Assembly (NCBI GenBank): GCA_003558085.1 | Contig: PWMT01000161.1 | Span: forward strand, 1-11,968 | Reading direction: 5' to 3' | Origin: Methanobacteriaceae archaeon | GTDB taxonomy: Archaea > Methanobacteriota > Methanobacteria > Methanobacteriales > Methanobacteriaceae | Length of the DNA stretch: 11,968 nucleotides | Part shown: one piece after another, positions 1-9,675 of the stretch | Layout of the letters: each line of letters opens with the position of its first letter | Numbering within the stretch: position 1 is the first letter of the stretch | Position numbers and translations under genes: made by a program | Notes under the pieces: model-generated | Databases searched by the model: none | What the model saw: the letters and a program-made list of their open reading frames with translations, nothing else | Told to the model about the DNA's origin: nothing

Positions 1-102
1 AGAAAAATAATATATGATCATGAATACCCAGAGATAGTACAAAATCTGAATAAATGTAAGGTTTGTGAATACCGCACCCTATGTGAACACCGCGGCTATT
101 AA
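1..102 (+). CDS. 3' end of a probable Cas4/Dna2-like (PD-(D/E)XK, Fe-S cluster) nuclease; partial, begins upstream of the window
   Basis: Frame +1 is open from base 1 to TAA at 100-102: RKIIYDHEYPEIVQNLNKCKVCEYRTLCEHRGY*. P-x8-C-x2-C-x5-C at the extreme C-terminus, with an aromatic residue after the second Cys, is the typical Cas4/AddB/Dna2 [4Fe-4S] 'staple' motif. Not in the ORF track. Confidence 0.7.
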   Translation, partial: RKIIYDHEYPEIVQNLNKCKVCEYRTLCEHRGY

Positions 103-258
103 CTACATATTTTAATAATTTTTACGAGGAAGAAGTGAAGACCTAAATTATAGCTATAACCCCTCTAATTAGGATATAAAACTAAATTATTTTAATCTGC
201 ACATACCAAAATATAAAACCTAAAAACCATAAAATAGTATTATTATATCGGTGATAAA

Positions 259-534
259 ATGAGCCAAGAAGAACTGTTAAAAAAATGTGAAGATATGGAT
301 GATCCAAGTGTAATGGGTGCTTGTAGAGTAATGCTGAAAACTATGGCCGAAAAAGAAGAGCAAGTTGAAGATGAGAGTCCGCAGACTTATCTAGAAATGG
401 CTTCAAGCCTTAAACCTGAGGATGTGTCCAAAGTACTGCAATTAGCATTGAAAGTTCGAGAAAGTCAAAAGATTAAAGACCCTGAAGTAAAAAATGCTGC
501 TAGTCGATTAATCCGGGCCATTGAAATGAGCTAA
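259..534 (+). CDS. hypothetical protein, 91 aa, soluble, probably all-helical
   Basis: ATG preceded by archaeal SD GGTGA (250-254). E/K/D-rich composition typical of real coding sequence. No family recognised. Confidence 0.8.
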   Translation: MSQEELLKKCEDMDDPSVMGACRVMLKTMAEKEEQVEDESPQTYLEMASSLKPEDVSKVLQLALKVRESQKIKDPEVKNAASRLIRAIEMS

Positions 535-539
535 ATAAG

Positions 540-571
540 TTAGAATTTATTTTTAATTCTAAAATTTTTTT
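540..571. terminator. putative terminator between convergent genes (8-bp inverted repeat plus oligo-T)
   Basis: TTAGAATT (540-547) N7 AATTCTAA (555-562), followed by a T7 run on the + strand (565-571). It lies at the junction of the 91-aa gene stop (534) and the ehbQ stop (559). Confidence 0.45.
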
Positions 572-1215
572 CTTCTTATTTTTTTTATGTCTAAGATGGC
601 TGTATCAGCTACAGCCATAACTGCCATCACTCCGGCTTGAACTGGATCTGTAACCACCAAGTCTGCTTTTTCAGTTACACTACCTGGCATGGATAAACTG
701 ATTATAATTATAGATAATTCATTTTGAAGTTTTTCCACTTCTTCACTTATTTTACCTCCCATAAGGGAGCCTGCTAGTACCAGGGCACATACCCTCGGAA
801 TTCTGCCTACTGCAGAAACCGCTTCAGCTAATTCTTTTTCCCCTACTAATGGTATGGTGTCGATACTGATTCTCTCACCCCGAATATTGTGACGATCAGC
901 TTCATTTATAGCTCCCATAGCTACATTGGCGACTTGAGCTCCTCCTCCAATTATGATGATTCTTTTTCCATAGATCTCCTCGAGTGAACGATGCAGTTCC
1001 ACCCTCAATACTGGTTCTGAATTCTCAATAGCATCAATTAATTCAGAAATATTTTCCACATCTTCTAATTCTAAATAAATGGTTGCAGAATTATCTTTTT
1101 CCAAGAAAAGGTGAGTATAAGTGATATTGATGTTATATAAAGTCATCATAGCTGCAATTTCACTTAGAACCCCTGGCCTTTCTATGGTTTTTATACTTAT
1201 GGCAAATTTGCCCAT
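559..1215 (-). CDS. ehbQ: EhbQ: N-terminal ACT domain plus conserved C-terminal alpha/beta domain (DUF5612-like)
   Basis: ACT signature [20 protein letters not shown]; conserved [11 protein letters not shown] and [11 protein letters not shown]; last gene after ehbP. Start moved from TTG 1236 to ATG 1215 (MGKFAIS) because SD AAGAGGG lies just upstream. Confidence 0.85.
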   Translation of the reverse strand: MGKFAISIKTIERPGVLSEIAAMMTLYNINITYTHLFLEKDNSATIYLELEDVENISELIDAIENSEPVLRVELHRSLEEIYGKRIIIIGGGAQVANVAMGAINEADRHNIRGERISIDTIPLVGEKELAEAVSAVGRIPRVCALVLAGSLMGGKISEEVEKLQNELSIIIISLSMPGSVTEKADLVVTDPVQAGVMAVMAVADTAILDIKKIRRKKF

Positions 1216-1448
1216 AGAATCCCTCTTATAATTCAATCTTGTTAAATGATTTTAGAAAGTAAATTCATGATAATATGATTGTTTATTTTTATTTATAATA
1301 AATTTAAAATTATGTTTATCTAGAATAGAAAGTCCATTTTTTATAGTTTAAAAAGTCCTAAATAGTTGAATAAGATTTTAAGGCTTATGAATCTACATCC
1401 TAGAAAAAAATGATAATATTATAATTGATGGAAGTATAACTTAGTTAT

Positions 1449-1480
1449 TTCTAAATCTTCTAAATTCTAAATCTTCTAAA
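1449..1480. repeat. perfect tandem duplication of a 16-bp unit TTCTAAATCTTCTAAA (four TTCTAAA cores)
   Basis: 1449-1464 and 1465-1480 are identical; located 8 bp past the ehbP stop. Confidence 0.9.
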
Positions 1481-1488
1481 TAATCAGT

Positions 1489-1752
1489 TTAGATATTCTC
1501 AGATTTTAATTTTTCAAGTTTTGCCTTTTCTTTCCTCCACAAACTTAAATAATTATCATCTTCTTTTACTGGAATTATTTGAAGGCCTAAATGGCGATGT
1601 TCTTCAATCCAATCCTCATTAAAAACAGGTACTTCTATTTTGACTGGTTCTGCAGTGGGATTAACCACAATCAAGTTACGATAAGGAAATTCAAGTTCAA
1701 CAATATAACCACCTAAACTTAGGATATGGTGAGCTCTAATAACTATTTTCAT
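1489..1752 (-). CDS. ehbP: energy-converting hydrogenase B subunit P
   Basis: 87 aa with [33 protein letters not shown], recognised as EhbP; SD AGGTGA; follows ehbO. Confidence 0.9.
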   Translation of the reverse strand: MKIVIRAHHILSLGGYIVELEFPYRNLIVVNPTAEPVKIEVPVFNEDWIEEHRHLGLQIIPVKEDDNYLSLWRKEKAKLEKLKSENI

Positions 1753-1805
1753 TTAATCACCTGGATATGTAATATATTACTCCATATGTTCAGTAAATCT
1801 TTTGT

Positions 1806-2804
1806 TTAAAGGAAAGTCGTTATAATGGCCAGGACCCCTAAGATAGATAAAGCAGCCACCACTGGGTAAAATTGCTTAAATGTAAATATGGGTGAGAAAG
1901 CACTCATGAAGGCACCTAAAATGGGGAAAAGTAAGGCCACTATAATGTTTATGAGAATACCCCAGCTTAAAATATTAGGAGGTATTCCGAGGAATAATAC
2001 TGAGAAAAGAGCTGCTAAAGTAAACATTAAAAATCCCCGGCTGAGATAAACATAAGATCTATATTTGGCGGCATATTCCATGTATGGTCCTTCAATAACA
2101 TCTGCTTTAGTTTTTAATATAGCAAAAGGATATTCATTAAGCAGTATGAGGTATCCCATGAAATATACTATAGCCCCTAAAACACCTGCCGCTGAAAAGA
2201 GGATAGGGCCCTGTAATTGTTGATAAGATACAATATCCATGAGAAAAATACTGCCTACTCTAGCTACCGGTACAAAAAGAGCGATGTATAAAGGGAATGA
2301 ACCAAATGCTATAAGTCTAAATGCCCTAAGAGAACTTAAATCCTCTAAAAAAGATCGAGTTAAATTAGGATATTTGGCACCTTTAGCGAGATCCGGAAAA
2401 GGCATGCTCAAAGACATTATGGAACGAGAAAATGATCCCATAAAAACATATATAACTTCTTCTATCTTTAAAAGGCCTACTATGGCAATAATACTAGTTA
2501 ATGCTCCTAAAAAATACATTTCAGGTATTAAAAATAGGAATATGAAGAATATGGTTATAATTGCTACTAAAGGAAGTGCATTATATAATTGGGGTAAGGC
2601 AGAATTGGGATTTATAGTTTCCTTGAAAAAAAACTTGAGAGGTGCCATCAAACCGGGACTGGAAATAGGAGGCCCGATTCTTTGCTGTATTCGTGCCTGG
2701 ATAAATTTTCTCTCTATTCCAGGAAGCCATATGCTCACGATAAATGCCACAATTATAGTTCCCACCACTGCTGCTAATGAATATATGATAGTAGAAGCTT
2801 CCAT
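1806..2804 (-). CDS. ehbO: energy-converting hydrogenase B subunit O (NuoH/HycD-like membrane subunit)
   Basis: [18 protein letters not shown] and [17 protein letters not shown] are complex I subunit 1 family motifs; multiple hydrophobic segments; SD AAGGAG. Confidence 0.93.
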   Translation of the reverse strand: MEASTIIYSLAAVVGTIIVAFIVSIWLPGIERKFIQARIQQRIGPPISSPGLMAPLKFFFKETINPNSALPQLYNALPLVAIITIFFIFLFLIPEMYFLGALTSIIAIVGLLKIEEVIYVFMGSFSRSIMSLSMPFPDLAKGAKYPNLTRSFLEDLSSLRAFRLIAFGSFPLYIALFVPVARVGSIFLMDIVSYQQLQGPILFSAAGVLGAIVYFMGYLILLNEYPFAILKTKADVIEGPYMEYAAKYRSYVYLSRGFLMFTLAALFSVLFLGIPPNILSWGILINIIVALLFPILGAFMSAFSPIFTFKQFYPVVAALSILGVLAIITTFL

Positions 2805-2906
2805 TATCTACATCTCCTTCTTAAACCTGCTCCAGTATAGATTAATTTATTTTAATTATTTATATTTTAAATTAAATACATTAATTGAACTTTAAAACCT
2901 TTTTAA

Positions 2907-4040
2907 TTAAATTTCGATTATTTGAATCGCTCTATCTGTACAAGTAAAACAGGGATCACATTGTACGATACCAAGCTGAGCATCAGTGATATGATGACCA
3001 ATTACCGCATACTGCATAGCCCCTATATTGGACATGGATGGCGTTCTAACAATTGATCCTCTCACTCGACCATCTTCTAAACGATAAGAATGATAAAGTC
3101 TACCTCGGGGTGCTTCCACATAGCTCTTTATAATATCAGTATCCTGCATTTTCCAAGTACGGTCGGTTATAGGTCCTTCCGGAATATTATTTAGTGCCTG
3201 GCGAATGATTTTGATTGATTCTGGTATTTCCAATACTCTCATCAATAAATTGGCCTTGATATCTCCTCCTTCCTGGGTGATAACCTCAAAATCAAAAGGT
3301 TGATAACATTCCATATCCCGACGTAAATCAAGATCAACTCCGGTAGCTCTTAAACTAGGACCTGTAACTGCTAGGCGAAGTGCATCTTTTTTAGATATGG
3401 AACAGATTCCATCTATACGGGAAAGAATCATAGGATCAGCAACAAAACGGTTTGCAAAATCCGAAACTTTTTGTTCTATAAAATCTATACCTTCTCTTAT
3501 TTTTTTAATCCTCTTCTCATTTAATTCACAGCGAGGCCTCACACCTCCGATAACAGATACACCATATTGAACCCGATTTCCACCAATCATACGTAAGAGT
3601 TCCATGACTGTTTCTCGTATATAGAAAAGTCGCATGGAAAAAGTTTCATGTCCTAGAACTTCATTTCCATGGGCTAAGTATAGTAAATGACTATGTATTC
3701 TTTCTAATTCAGCCATAATAATTCTTATATAATTAGCTCTTTCTGGTATTTCAATTTGAAGTCCTTTTTCAGCCACCATTACTGAATTCCATAAATGGAT
3801 GTTTGAACAAATACCGCAAATTTTTTCAGTAAGACTGTTGGCTTTTTCCACCGGCAGTCCTTCCATTATACGTTCAACTCCCCGGTGATTAATACCTACA
3901 GTTATCTCAGCATCTTTTACTATTTCATCTTCTACAAAAAGTCTTACCCTATAAGGTTCAATAGCAGCAGAATGGACTGGCCCCATAGTAATTTCAGCCT
4001 CTATACTCTCTTCTCTGCTAGGTTTTTGATTTGAATTCAT
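2907..4040 (-). CDS. ehbN: energy-converting hydrogenase B large (catalytic [NiFe]) subunit N
   Basis: [16 protein letters not shown]1 motif [22 protein letters not shown]2 motif [17 protein letters not shown]. Confidence 0.96.
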   Translation of the reverse strand: MNSNQKPSREESIEAEITMGPVHSAAIEPYRVRLFVEDEIVKDAEITVGINHRGVERIMEGLPVEKANSLTEKICGICSNIHLWNSVMVAEKGLQIEIPERANYIRIIMAELERIHSHLLYLAHGNEVLGHETFSMRLFYIRETVMELLRMIGGNRVQYGVSVIGGVRPRCELNEKRIKKIREGIDFIEQKVSDFANRFVADPMILSRIDGICSISKKDALRLAVTGPSLRATGVDLDLRRDMECYQPFDFEVITQEGGDIKANLLMRVLEIPESIKIIRQALNNIPEGPITDRTWKMQDTDIIKSYVEAPRGRLYHSYRLEDGRVRGSIVRTPSMSNIGAMQYAVIGHHITDAQLGIVQCDPCFTCTDRAIQIIEI

Positions 4041-4123
4041 ATATTAGCACCTTTTTTTTAATTGGTGTTTTTTGAAAGTTTTTTTAAAATAATTTTATAA
4101 AATTCATAATGCTTATCCCAATT

Positions 4124-4570
4124 TTATTTAGCTTCCAAAAGCTTAGGTAAAGCAGCTACTGCTCCTGATAAAATATCTTCAGGGCGAACTGCACAACCTG
4201 GAACCTTAGCATCAACTGGTATAACCTTGTCTACTGGGCCCATAATTTCTTCAGAGGGAATATCTCCATTAATATTTTTATAGACCCCTCCCATTAAAGC
4301 ACAGGCCCCAGCAGCAATAACTGCCTTTGGTTCAGGAATAGCATTGTATATTTCTTTTAAAGGTTTTTCATTATATTTAGTAACCGGCCCTGTGACTACC
4401 AGTACATCTGCTTCTCGTGGATTCCAGGTTAAAAATAACTTGTATTGTTCTGCATCGTATTTGGGAGAGAAAATAGAGTTTACTATTTCAATATCGCAAC
4501 CATTGCATCCTCCAGTATATACTAACATTACATGTACGGCTCTTGCTCTTGAATATGATCGGAGGCTCAT
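4124..4570 (-). CDS. ehbM: energy-converting hydrogenase B small subunit M (NuoB-like, one [4Fe-4S])
   Basis: [35 protein letters not shown]. Start set at ATG 4570 ([10 protein letters not shown]) after SD GAGGGA rather than TTG 4606. Confidence 0.95.
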   Translation of the reverse strand: MSLRSYSRARAVHVMLVYTGGCNGCDIEIVNSIFSPKYDAEQYKLFLTWNPREADVLVVTGPVTKYNEKPLKEIYNAIPEPKAVIAAGACALMGGVYKNINGDIPSEEIMGPVDKVIPVDAKVPGCAVRPEDILSGAVAALPKLLEAK

Positions 4571-4633
4571 TTGATCCCTCATTATTTCAGTTAATTTAAA
4601 TTTCAATAAAATTTAAGCTTATTTATATAACCT

Positions 4634-5119
4634 TTAGGTCTTTTTTTTCTCAATAATAGATTTATCGGATAAATATTGATTTATAAACGCTAATTTATCT
4701 TCTGATATTTTTACTGGTTTATCTAAAAGCTTTTCTACTTCTAAATCTACTTTACCCACATCATTAGGATGTATAGTACCAGCTTCTCCAAATAAAGCAT
4801 ATAATGGACAGAAATCATGACAATAATAGCAATAAACACATTTCTCACTATTTAAAACTGGTATTTGTGTTTTAACTAATCCTTCCATTAGTTCTATTGG
4901 CTCTTCCAAATCTTTCATTTCCACTGCCTGGGTAGGGCATACATTGGAGCAGCCAGCACATCCAATACATGATATTTCTGCTACTTTATCTTTAGGTTTA
5001 ACTCTACCTTCCAAGATGCTGTTTCGTATCTCCATATCAGTAACCCGATCTGCGGCAAAAATTATCCGCTTAATATTGATATAAGCACCCTCGAGTATTA
5101 TTCTAATAAAATCTTTCAT
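4634..5119 (-). CDS. ehbL: energy-converting hydrogenase B subunit L, 2[4Fe-4S] ferredoxin-like (NuoI-like)
   Basis: [12 protein letters not shown] and [12 protein letters not shown]; lies between the polyferredoxin and the small subunit. Confidence 0.93.
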   Translation of the reverse strand: MKDFIRIILEGAYINIKRIIFAADRVTDMEIRNSILEGRVKPKDKVAEISCIGCAGCSNVCPTQAVEMKDLEEPIELMEGLVKTQIPVLNSEKCVYCYYCHDFCPLYALFGEAGTIHPNDVGKVDLEVEKLLDKPVKISEDKLAFINQYLSDKSIIEKKKT

Positions 5120-5181
5120 TCAAAAAACCCCCATTTCAATTTTTAGGGTAATTGTAGATATAACTACTAGCTCTTCTCTAA

Positions 5182-6564
5182 TCACTGGGATAATTCAAAC
5201 TCACGATCAAATATCACTGCCCGAGCAGGGCAAACATTTGAGCATGCACCACAATATATACATTTGGTTTCATCCACAACCATTCTTCCATCTTCTGTTT
5301 CTGATATAGCTTCTTCAGGACATATTTTAGAACATAGACTACACTGCATGCATAATTTATCATCAATTAAAGTGAATCCTTCTTTGATAGCTTTTTTACG
5401 CATGGTAGTGCGAGGTATGGCATCTACGGGACAGTGAATAGCGCATTTTTCACAAAGAATGCATTTATCTAAATCCACTTCTATAGTTCCTCTTTTAAGA
5501 GTTATGGCATCTTTAGGACATATTTCCGCACATGTACCACAAGATATACAATCAGAGGAAACGGTTCCATCCCAGGTAATTTTTTCTTGACTTCTAGCTT
5601 CTTCTATATCACAAGCTTTAACACATCGTCCACAGGAAACACAGTACCCTTGAATTCCTGTTCCATCTTCTAGCGGCCTTAAAGTGCCCACTGGACATAC
5701 TTCAACACAATCCATGTTCTCACAGTCTTGACAAAGGTTAGGATCACATCTTATTTTACCATTAATCATTTGCAGGGCACCCTTCGCACAAGCTTCAACA
5801 CATAAACCGCAATTTAAACAAGAGATAATGTTGCCGGTAAGTGATTCATCTTCCGGTTTTCTAATTTTAACTTGGAAATCATCCACATAAATTGCTTCAT
5901 TGGGACATTCTTTTACACATTGTAAACATAAGGTACATTTTTCCGGATCAATGGTAGTGTCTGTAATAGCTTCAGCTGGACAAAGATCTTCACATATTCT
6001 GCAATTACTGCAAACACCCTTCTGATCTAAATTTACCATTATGGCATTAGTAGGGCAATAATATTCACATCTACGACAGAGAGTACATTTATCGAGATCA
6101 GTTACCATGCTCGGCCTTTCTACCATCTTACTTTCGGTAGTGATTTGAGGAGTGCTAAGGGCAGTGCTGGGAATAGACACATTTAATGATTCTAAAAATT
6201 TTAATCTTTTATCTTCAATCATGTCAAAAGCATCTAACCGGGCATCCAACGGACATGTTTCTTTACATATTCCGCAACGGGCGCATATACCTTTGACTAC
6301 TCCTTCTTCTATTTTTATAATATTAATAGGGCAAGTAAATTCGCATAAACCACACGCATTACATTTAGCACGATCTACAACATAGCCACCATATTTATTT
6401 TTAATAATAGCCTGATTAGGACATACTTCTGCACAAGCCCCACAGGTAATACAGCTAAAAGCCTTCCCATCCACCATCTTAATGGCTTGGGTGGGACATT
6501 CCTTGATGCAGTCACCTATCCCCTCACATTTTTTAGTTGATATGAACATAATATTTGCTTCCAT
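5182..6564 (-). CDS. ehbK: energy-converting hydrogenase B subunit K, polyferredoxin with 14 [4Fe-4S]-type motifs
   Basis: 14 CxxCxxCxxxC-type motifs counted (first one lacks Cys2; one has a CxxCx4C spacing). Alternative start at ATG 6549 (MFISTKKC) is plausible. Confidence 0.94.
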   Translation of the reverse strand: MEANIMFISTKKCEGIGDCIKECPTQAIKMVDGKAFSCITCGACAEVCPNQAIIKNKYGGYVVDRAKCNACGLCEFTCPINIIKIEEGVVKGICARCGICKETCPLDARLDAFDMIEDKRLKFLESLNVSIPSTALSTPQITTESKMVERPSMVTDLDKCTLCRRCEYYCPTNAIMVNLDQKGVCSNCRICEDLCPAEAITDTTIDPEKCTLCLQCVKECPNEAIYVDDFQVKIRKPEDESLTGNIISCLNCGLCVEACAKGALQMINGKIRCDPNLCQDCENMDCVEVCPVGTLRPLEDGTGIQGYCVSCGRCVKACDIEEARSQEKITWDGTVSSDCISCGTCAEICPKDAITLKRGTIEVDLDKCILCEKCAIHCPVDAIPRTTMRKKAIKEGFTLIDDKLCMQCSLCSKICPEEAISETEDGRMVVDETKCIYCGACSNVCPARAVIFDREFELSQ

Positions 6565-6603
6565 TACCTTTTATTTATATATAATTCTTTATTTTTTTTC
6601 GGT

Positions 6604-6864
6604 TTAAATACCATGATTTTTGATCCCCCATACTGTTTTTCCAGTTAATAAACCTATAATAGTGGCCAGAAATCCAGAAGCTATTACTGAATCTACATAA
6701 TAGGGGAAGGGCCCCAATTGCCAGGCCATGAATAATGCAACCAATAAAACCACCAGATAAGTGGAAATAGGAAATCTTACTTTGCTTTCCGCATTACTTT
6801 TGATTCTACTTCCCAGTATAAATCCCAGTATAAATCCGAATAGAATTGGGCCTACATAAACCAT
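6604..6864 (-). CDS. ehbJ: energy-converting hydrogenase B membrane subunit J
   Basis: 86 aa, about 3 hydrophobic segments, YVGPILFGFILGFILGSRIK and AWQLGPFPYY; SD GGAGAG; position in operon. Confidence 0.85.
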   Translation of the reverse strand: MVYVGPILFGFILGFILGSRIKSNAESKVRFPISTYLVVLLVALFMAWQLGPFPYYVDSVIASGFLATIIGLLTGKTVWGIKNHGI

Positions 6865-6899
6865 TATTGACTCTCCATAAAACTTATAAAACCTTCATA

Positions 6900-7346
6900 T
6901 CATTTAAATTCTAAAAAGGTTATTACCACCGCGCTTAAACCTACTAAAACCTTGATACCCACCACTATGTTAAGATAGGGAATTATACCCGCATTAGTGG
7001 GATCCGGGTAATTGAAGAAGTTTTGAATAAAGGAGGGAATAATCTGATTAAGATCCACACCTAAATTGTAAAGGAAAAATCCAGAAAATAATAGTCCGCT
7101 TAAACCTAAAATCAAAAACCCTAATGCACCAAAACTCTCCATAGAGGCTAAAAAATTATGTGAAAATTTAAAGGGGTTTTCTTTTAGTCCGTAAACTATG
7201 GCACAAAAAATGAAAGCTCCTGCAATCATAGCCCCTCCTTGAAAACCTCCACCAGGTGTAATATGCCCACCTAATATGATTAAAACACCCAAACACATTA
7301 TCAATAGTGCTGCAGGGAAGACGAATATTTTTAGTATGGTACTCAT
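6900..7346 (-). CDS. ehbI: energy-converting hydrogenase B subunit I (MnhB/MrpB-like)
   Basis: [13 protein letters not shown]nhB signature; start directly abuts the ehbH stop (TAAATG); SD GGAGGT. Confidence 0.92.
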   Translation of the reverse strand: MSTILKIFVFPAALLIMCLGVLIILGGHITPGGGFQGGAMIAGAFIFCAIVYGLKENPFKFSHNFLASMESFGALGFLILGLSGLLFSGFFLYNLGVDLNQIIPSFIQNFFNYPDPTNAGIIPYLNIVVGIKVLVGLSAVVITFLEFK

Positions 7347-7625
7347 TTACTTACCTCCCATTTCAACTTTTCCTCTTCCAAATACCAGTAAAGTTATAAC
7401 TACTGCAGTTACCAATATCAGGGCTTCTCCTAATGTATCATAAGCTCTCCAGTCAAAAATCACTGCAGTTACCATGTTAGGAGTAATTTCAGTGCCTATG
7501 TAATTGTATAGATTACTTATTCCTGGAAAGATAGAGTCTCTTAAACCTATGATGGCATCCAAAAGCGTTACTGCAAATAAGGCTAGTGCGATTGTCGCTA
7601 AAAAATTCCTTATTCCTTCAGACAT
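7347..7625 (-). CDS. ehbH: energy-converting hydrogenase B subunit H (MbhE / MrpA C-terminal-like)
   Basis: [18 protein letters not shown] signature. ATG 7625 follows SD GGGGTG and overlaps the ehbG stop by 8 nt. Confidence 0.9.
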   Translation of the reverse strand: MSEGIRNFLATIALALFAVTLLDAIIGLRDSIFPGISNLYNYIGTEITPNMVTAVIFDWRAYDTLGEALILVTAVVITLLVFGRGKVEMGGK

Positions 7626-7956
7626 TTCTAACACCCCAGTAGAAAAGGGCTAAGATTAAAGCTAAAGCCAAAATCACGTAAAATATCATATTATTAAATG
7701 AATCATTTTGTTCTTTTTTTAAGCGAGGCATGAGAGGTGTGGCTGCTATTAAGGCCACAAATAGGGCCAGAACAATTACAATCATTAGGATGATATTAAT
7801 ATTTCTCAACATAATGGCTGCAATTAAAATGGATGAAATTAAAGTTATTTCAGCTGCTAGTATAGCTGAAGCAGATAAATTTGTGACCGGTTCCTTTTCA
7901 ACGCTTATTTCCTGGATTTCCCGTATTTTATTCACTATACTATCATATAAACTCAT
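7618..7956 (-). CDS. ehbG: energy-converting hydrogenase B membrane subunit G
   Basis: About 3 hydrophobic segments; lies between ehbF and ehbH. Start set at ATG 7956 (MSLYD) after SD GAGGT. Confidence 0.85.
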   Translation of the reverse strand: MSLYDSIVNKIREIQEISVEKEPVTNLSASAILAAEITLISSILIAAIMLRNINIILMIVIVLALFVALIAATPLMPRLKKEQNDSFNNMIFYVILALALILALFYWGVRNV

Positions 7957-8071
7957 ATAAAACCTCATTAAATGACGCTGCTTGTAGTAACTTTAAATAA
8001 ATTTTAATCCCTCTTATAAAGTTTTTTTCATAAATGATCTAGGAATAAACTTCACCTCAACTTTTAAGATT

Positions 8072-9565
8072 CTATATCAATCCCTGTGCAAATGGTTCCA
8101 GGAAACTGGTAGCTATTTGTGGAAACAAGCCCAGTATCAAACATAAAACCAGAAGTACTACCATAGATATTACAGTCGCCTTGGGAATATCTTTATCATT
8201 AATTTCCAGATCAGAAGGCTTCGGACGGAGGTAAATGGTATAGAAAGCTTTCATAAAAGTCATAAAAGTCACTATACTTAATAAGACCATTATTATACCT
8301 AATTCCGGTAATCCTGCTGTGATAGAAGCTTGAACTAACAATAATTTACTCTGAAAGGCATTAAAGGGAGGAATTCCGGCCATGGCAAATCCAGATAAGA
8401 TTACAATAAAGGATAGGCGAGGATTCTCAGTCATTAGCCCCCCTAATTTATTGATATTACTGATTCCGGTTTTATAAAATATAGTACCAAAGCCAATAAA
8501 GATTAAAGAAGTGATTAAAGCTTCATTTACTGCTTGGAATAAACCTGCAGTTATTCCTAACGCAGTTCCCAATCCCAAACCTATTCCTATATAGCCTAAT
8601 TCTCCCACAGCCAGGTACCCTATTAGACGTTTAAAGTCAGTTTGCATTAGCGCCATGGTTATACCTAAAATCATAGCCAAAAGAGAGATTACTATAATGA
8701 AAATTTTTGCTAAGGGTATGAATGAAAAAATTCTGAGTATGATGATAGCAATAGCCACGAAGGTGAAAACTGAGAAAGCCTGTAATAATGCTGCGCCATG
8801 AGGTAAGGCCTTACTATAAACTGCAGATTTAATGGTATGGAATGGTGGTAAACCAGCACCATAAAGCCATCCAAAGAACAGTAACCCACATGCCATTAAT
8901 AAAACCGGATTTTGAGGATCCACCAAGCCCGTATTAATAGAATAGATAATATCCGTAATATTAACGTTGCCACTTACACCTAAGAGAAAAGCAACGGCTA
9001 GTAAAAGCATAGGGGCGGCTATACTGGCCAGGAATAAATATTTAAGTGCTGTTTCATAGCTTCTTTCTGCATTAGAGGCAATGATGATGCCTACTTGAGA
9101 AAGTGCCGCTATTTCGAAGAAAACATAAAGATTAAATATATCATCAGAAAGGAGAATAGCAGTTACCGCTGCTGTTCCCATAAACATTAAAAAGGCATAG
9201 ACTCCAGATGCGCGCTTAGTTTCGTTTAATGAAGTAAATATGACCAAAAAAGCCATAATTCCCAGTATAAAGATAAATAATTGTTGAGCACTAGAAAATA
9301 TGTAAGTTATGGCAGGATGATAAATATTAAGCACGGTTTCTGTTAGAAAGGCAGGTAGGCCCTGAGCAAGAACCGGATTATTTATTAAGGGAGCATGACC
9401 ACCAAAATAATGCAATCCATAACTGGTAAGAAGTGGAATTATTGGTAAGGCAATACCTACTATTATAGCTAATATTTTTACAGCACGCTCTTTAGTATGA
9501 ATTAAATTCAGTAGTAAAGCACAGGTTATGGGCAGTATGACCATTATCGGAATAAGCGAATTCAT
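8072..9565 (-). CDS. ehbF: energy-converting hydrogenase B subunit F (MnhD/NuoN-like ion-translocating antiporter subunit)
   Basis: 497 aa polytopic protein; [53 protein letters not shown]. Confidence 0.95.
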   Translation of the reverse strand: MNSLIPIMVILPITCALLLNLIHTKERAVKILAIIVGIALPIIPLLTSYGLHYFGGHAPLINNPVLAQGLPAFLTETVLNIYHPAITYIFSSAQQLFIFILGIMAFLVIFTSLNETKRASGVYAFLMFMGTAAVTAILLSDDIFNLYVFFEIAALSQVGIIIASNAERSYETALKYLFLASIAAPMLLLAVAFLLGVSGNVNITDIIYSINTGLVDPQNPVLLMACGLLFFGWLYGAGLPPFHTIKSAVYSKALPHGAALLQAFSVFTFVAIAIIILRIFSFIPLAKIFIIVISLLAMILGITMALMQTDFKRLIGYLAVGELGYIGIGLGLGTALGITAGLFQAVNEALITSLIFIGFGTIFYKTGISNINKLGGLMTENPRLSFIVILSGFAMAGIPPFNAFQSKLLLVQASITAGLPELGIIMVLLSIVTFMTFMKAFYTIYLRPKPSDLEINDKDIPKATVISMVVLLVLCLILGLFPQIATSFLEPFAQGLI

Positions 9566-9675
9566 GATATTGGCTCCTGTTTTTCTAATACTTGGCCTTG
9601 GAGTGAATCATCTTCAATTTGAAATTGAATTTGATTTTTAAACATATTTAACAATTTTAAGGATTCCAAAGACAT
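9562..9675 (-). CDS. candidate small ORF (37 aa, [37 protein letters not shown]) between ehbE and ehbF
   Basis: SD GGAGTG (9682-9687) 6 nt before ATG 9675; 38 codons with no internal stop; TGA overlaps the ehbF start as ATGA. No homology recognised. Confidence 0.35.
   Translation of the reverse strand: MSLESLKLLNMFKNQIQFQIEDDSLQGQVLEKQEPIS

Noticed and set aside
103..258. Possible CRISPR array or leader next to the Cas4-like gene
   Set aside because: No repeat-spacer periodicity was seen here or elsewhere in the window.
2802..2813. In-frame ATG-TAG-ATA-ATG before ehbO (amber/pyrrolysine read-through or start-stop uORF)
   Set aside because: The first ATG abuts the SD with no spacing while the second is properly spaced; Methanobacteriales are not known to use pyrrolysine.
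2239..2895. 218-aa + strand ORF
   Set aside because: Antisense shadow of the membrane gene ehbO; no recognisable motif or SD. Long antisense frames are common opposite hydrophobic-protein genes.
2907..4570. Selenocysteine or intein in the hydrogenase subunits
   Set aside because: All metal-ligand positions are Cys codons, there is no in-frame TGA, and lengths are normal.
4344..4574. 76-aa + strand ORF
   Set aside because: Antisense to the well-supported ehbM; no coding signals.
6152..6385. 77-aa + strand ORF
   Set aside because: Antisense within ehbK; no motif.
7730..7960. 76-aa + strand ORF
   Set aside because: Antisense shadow of ehbG.
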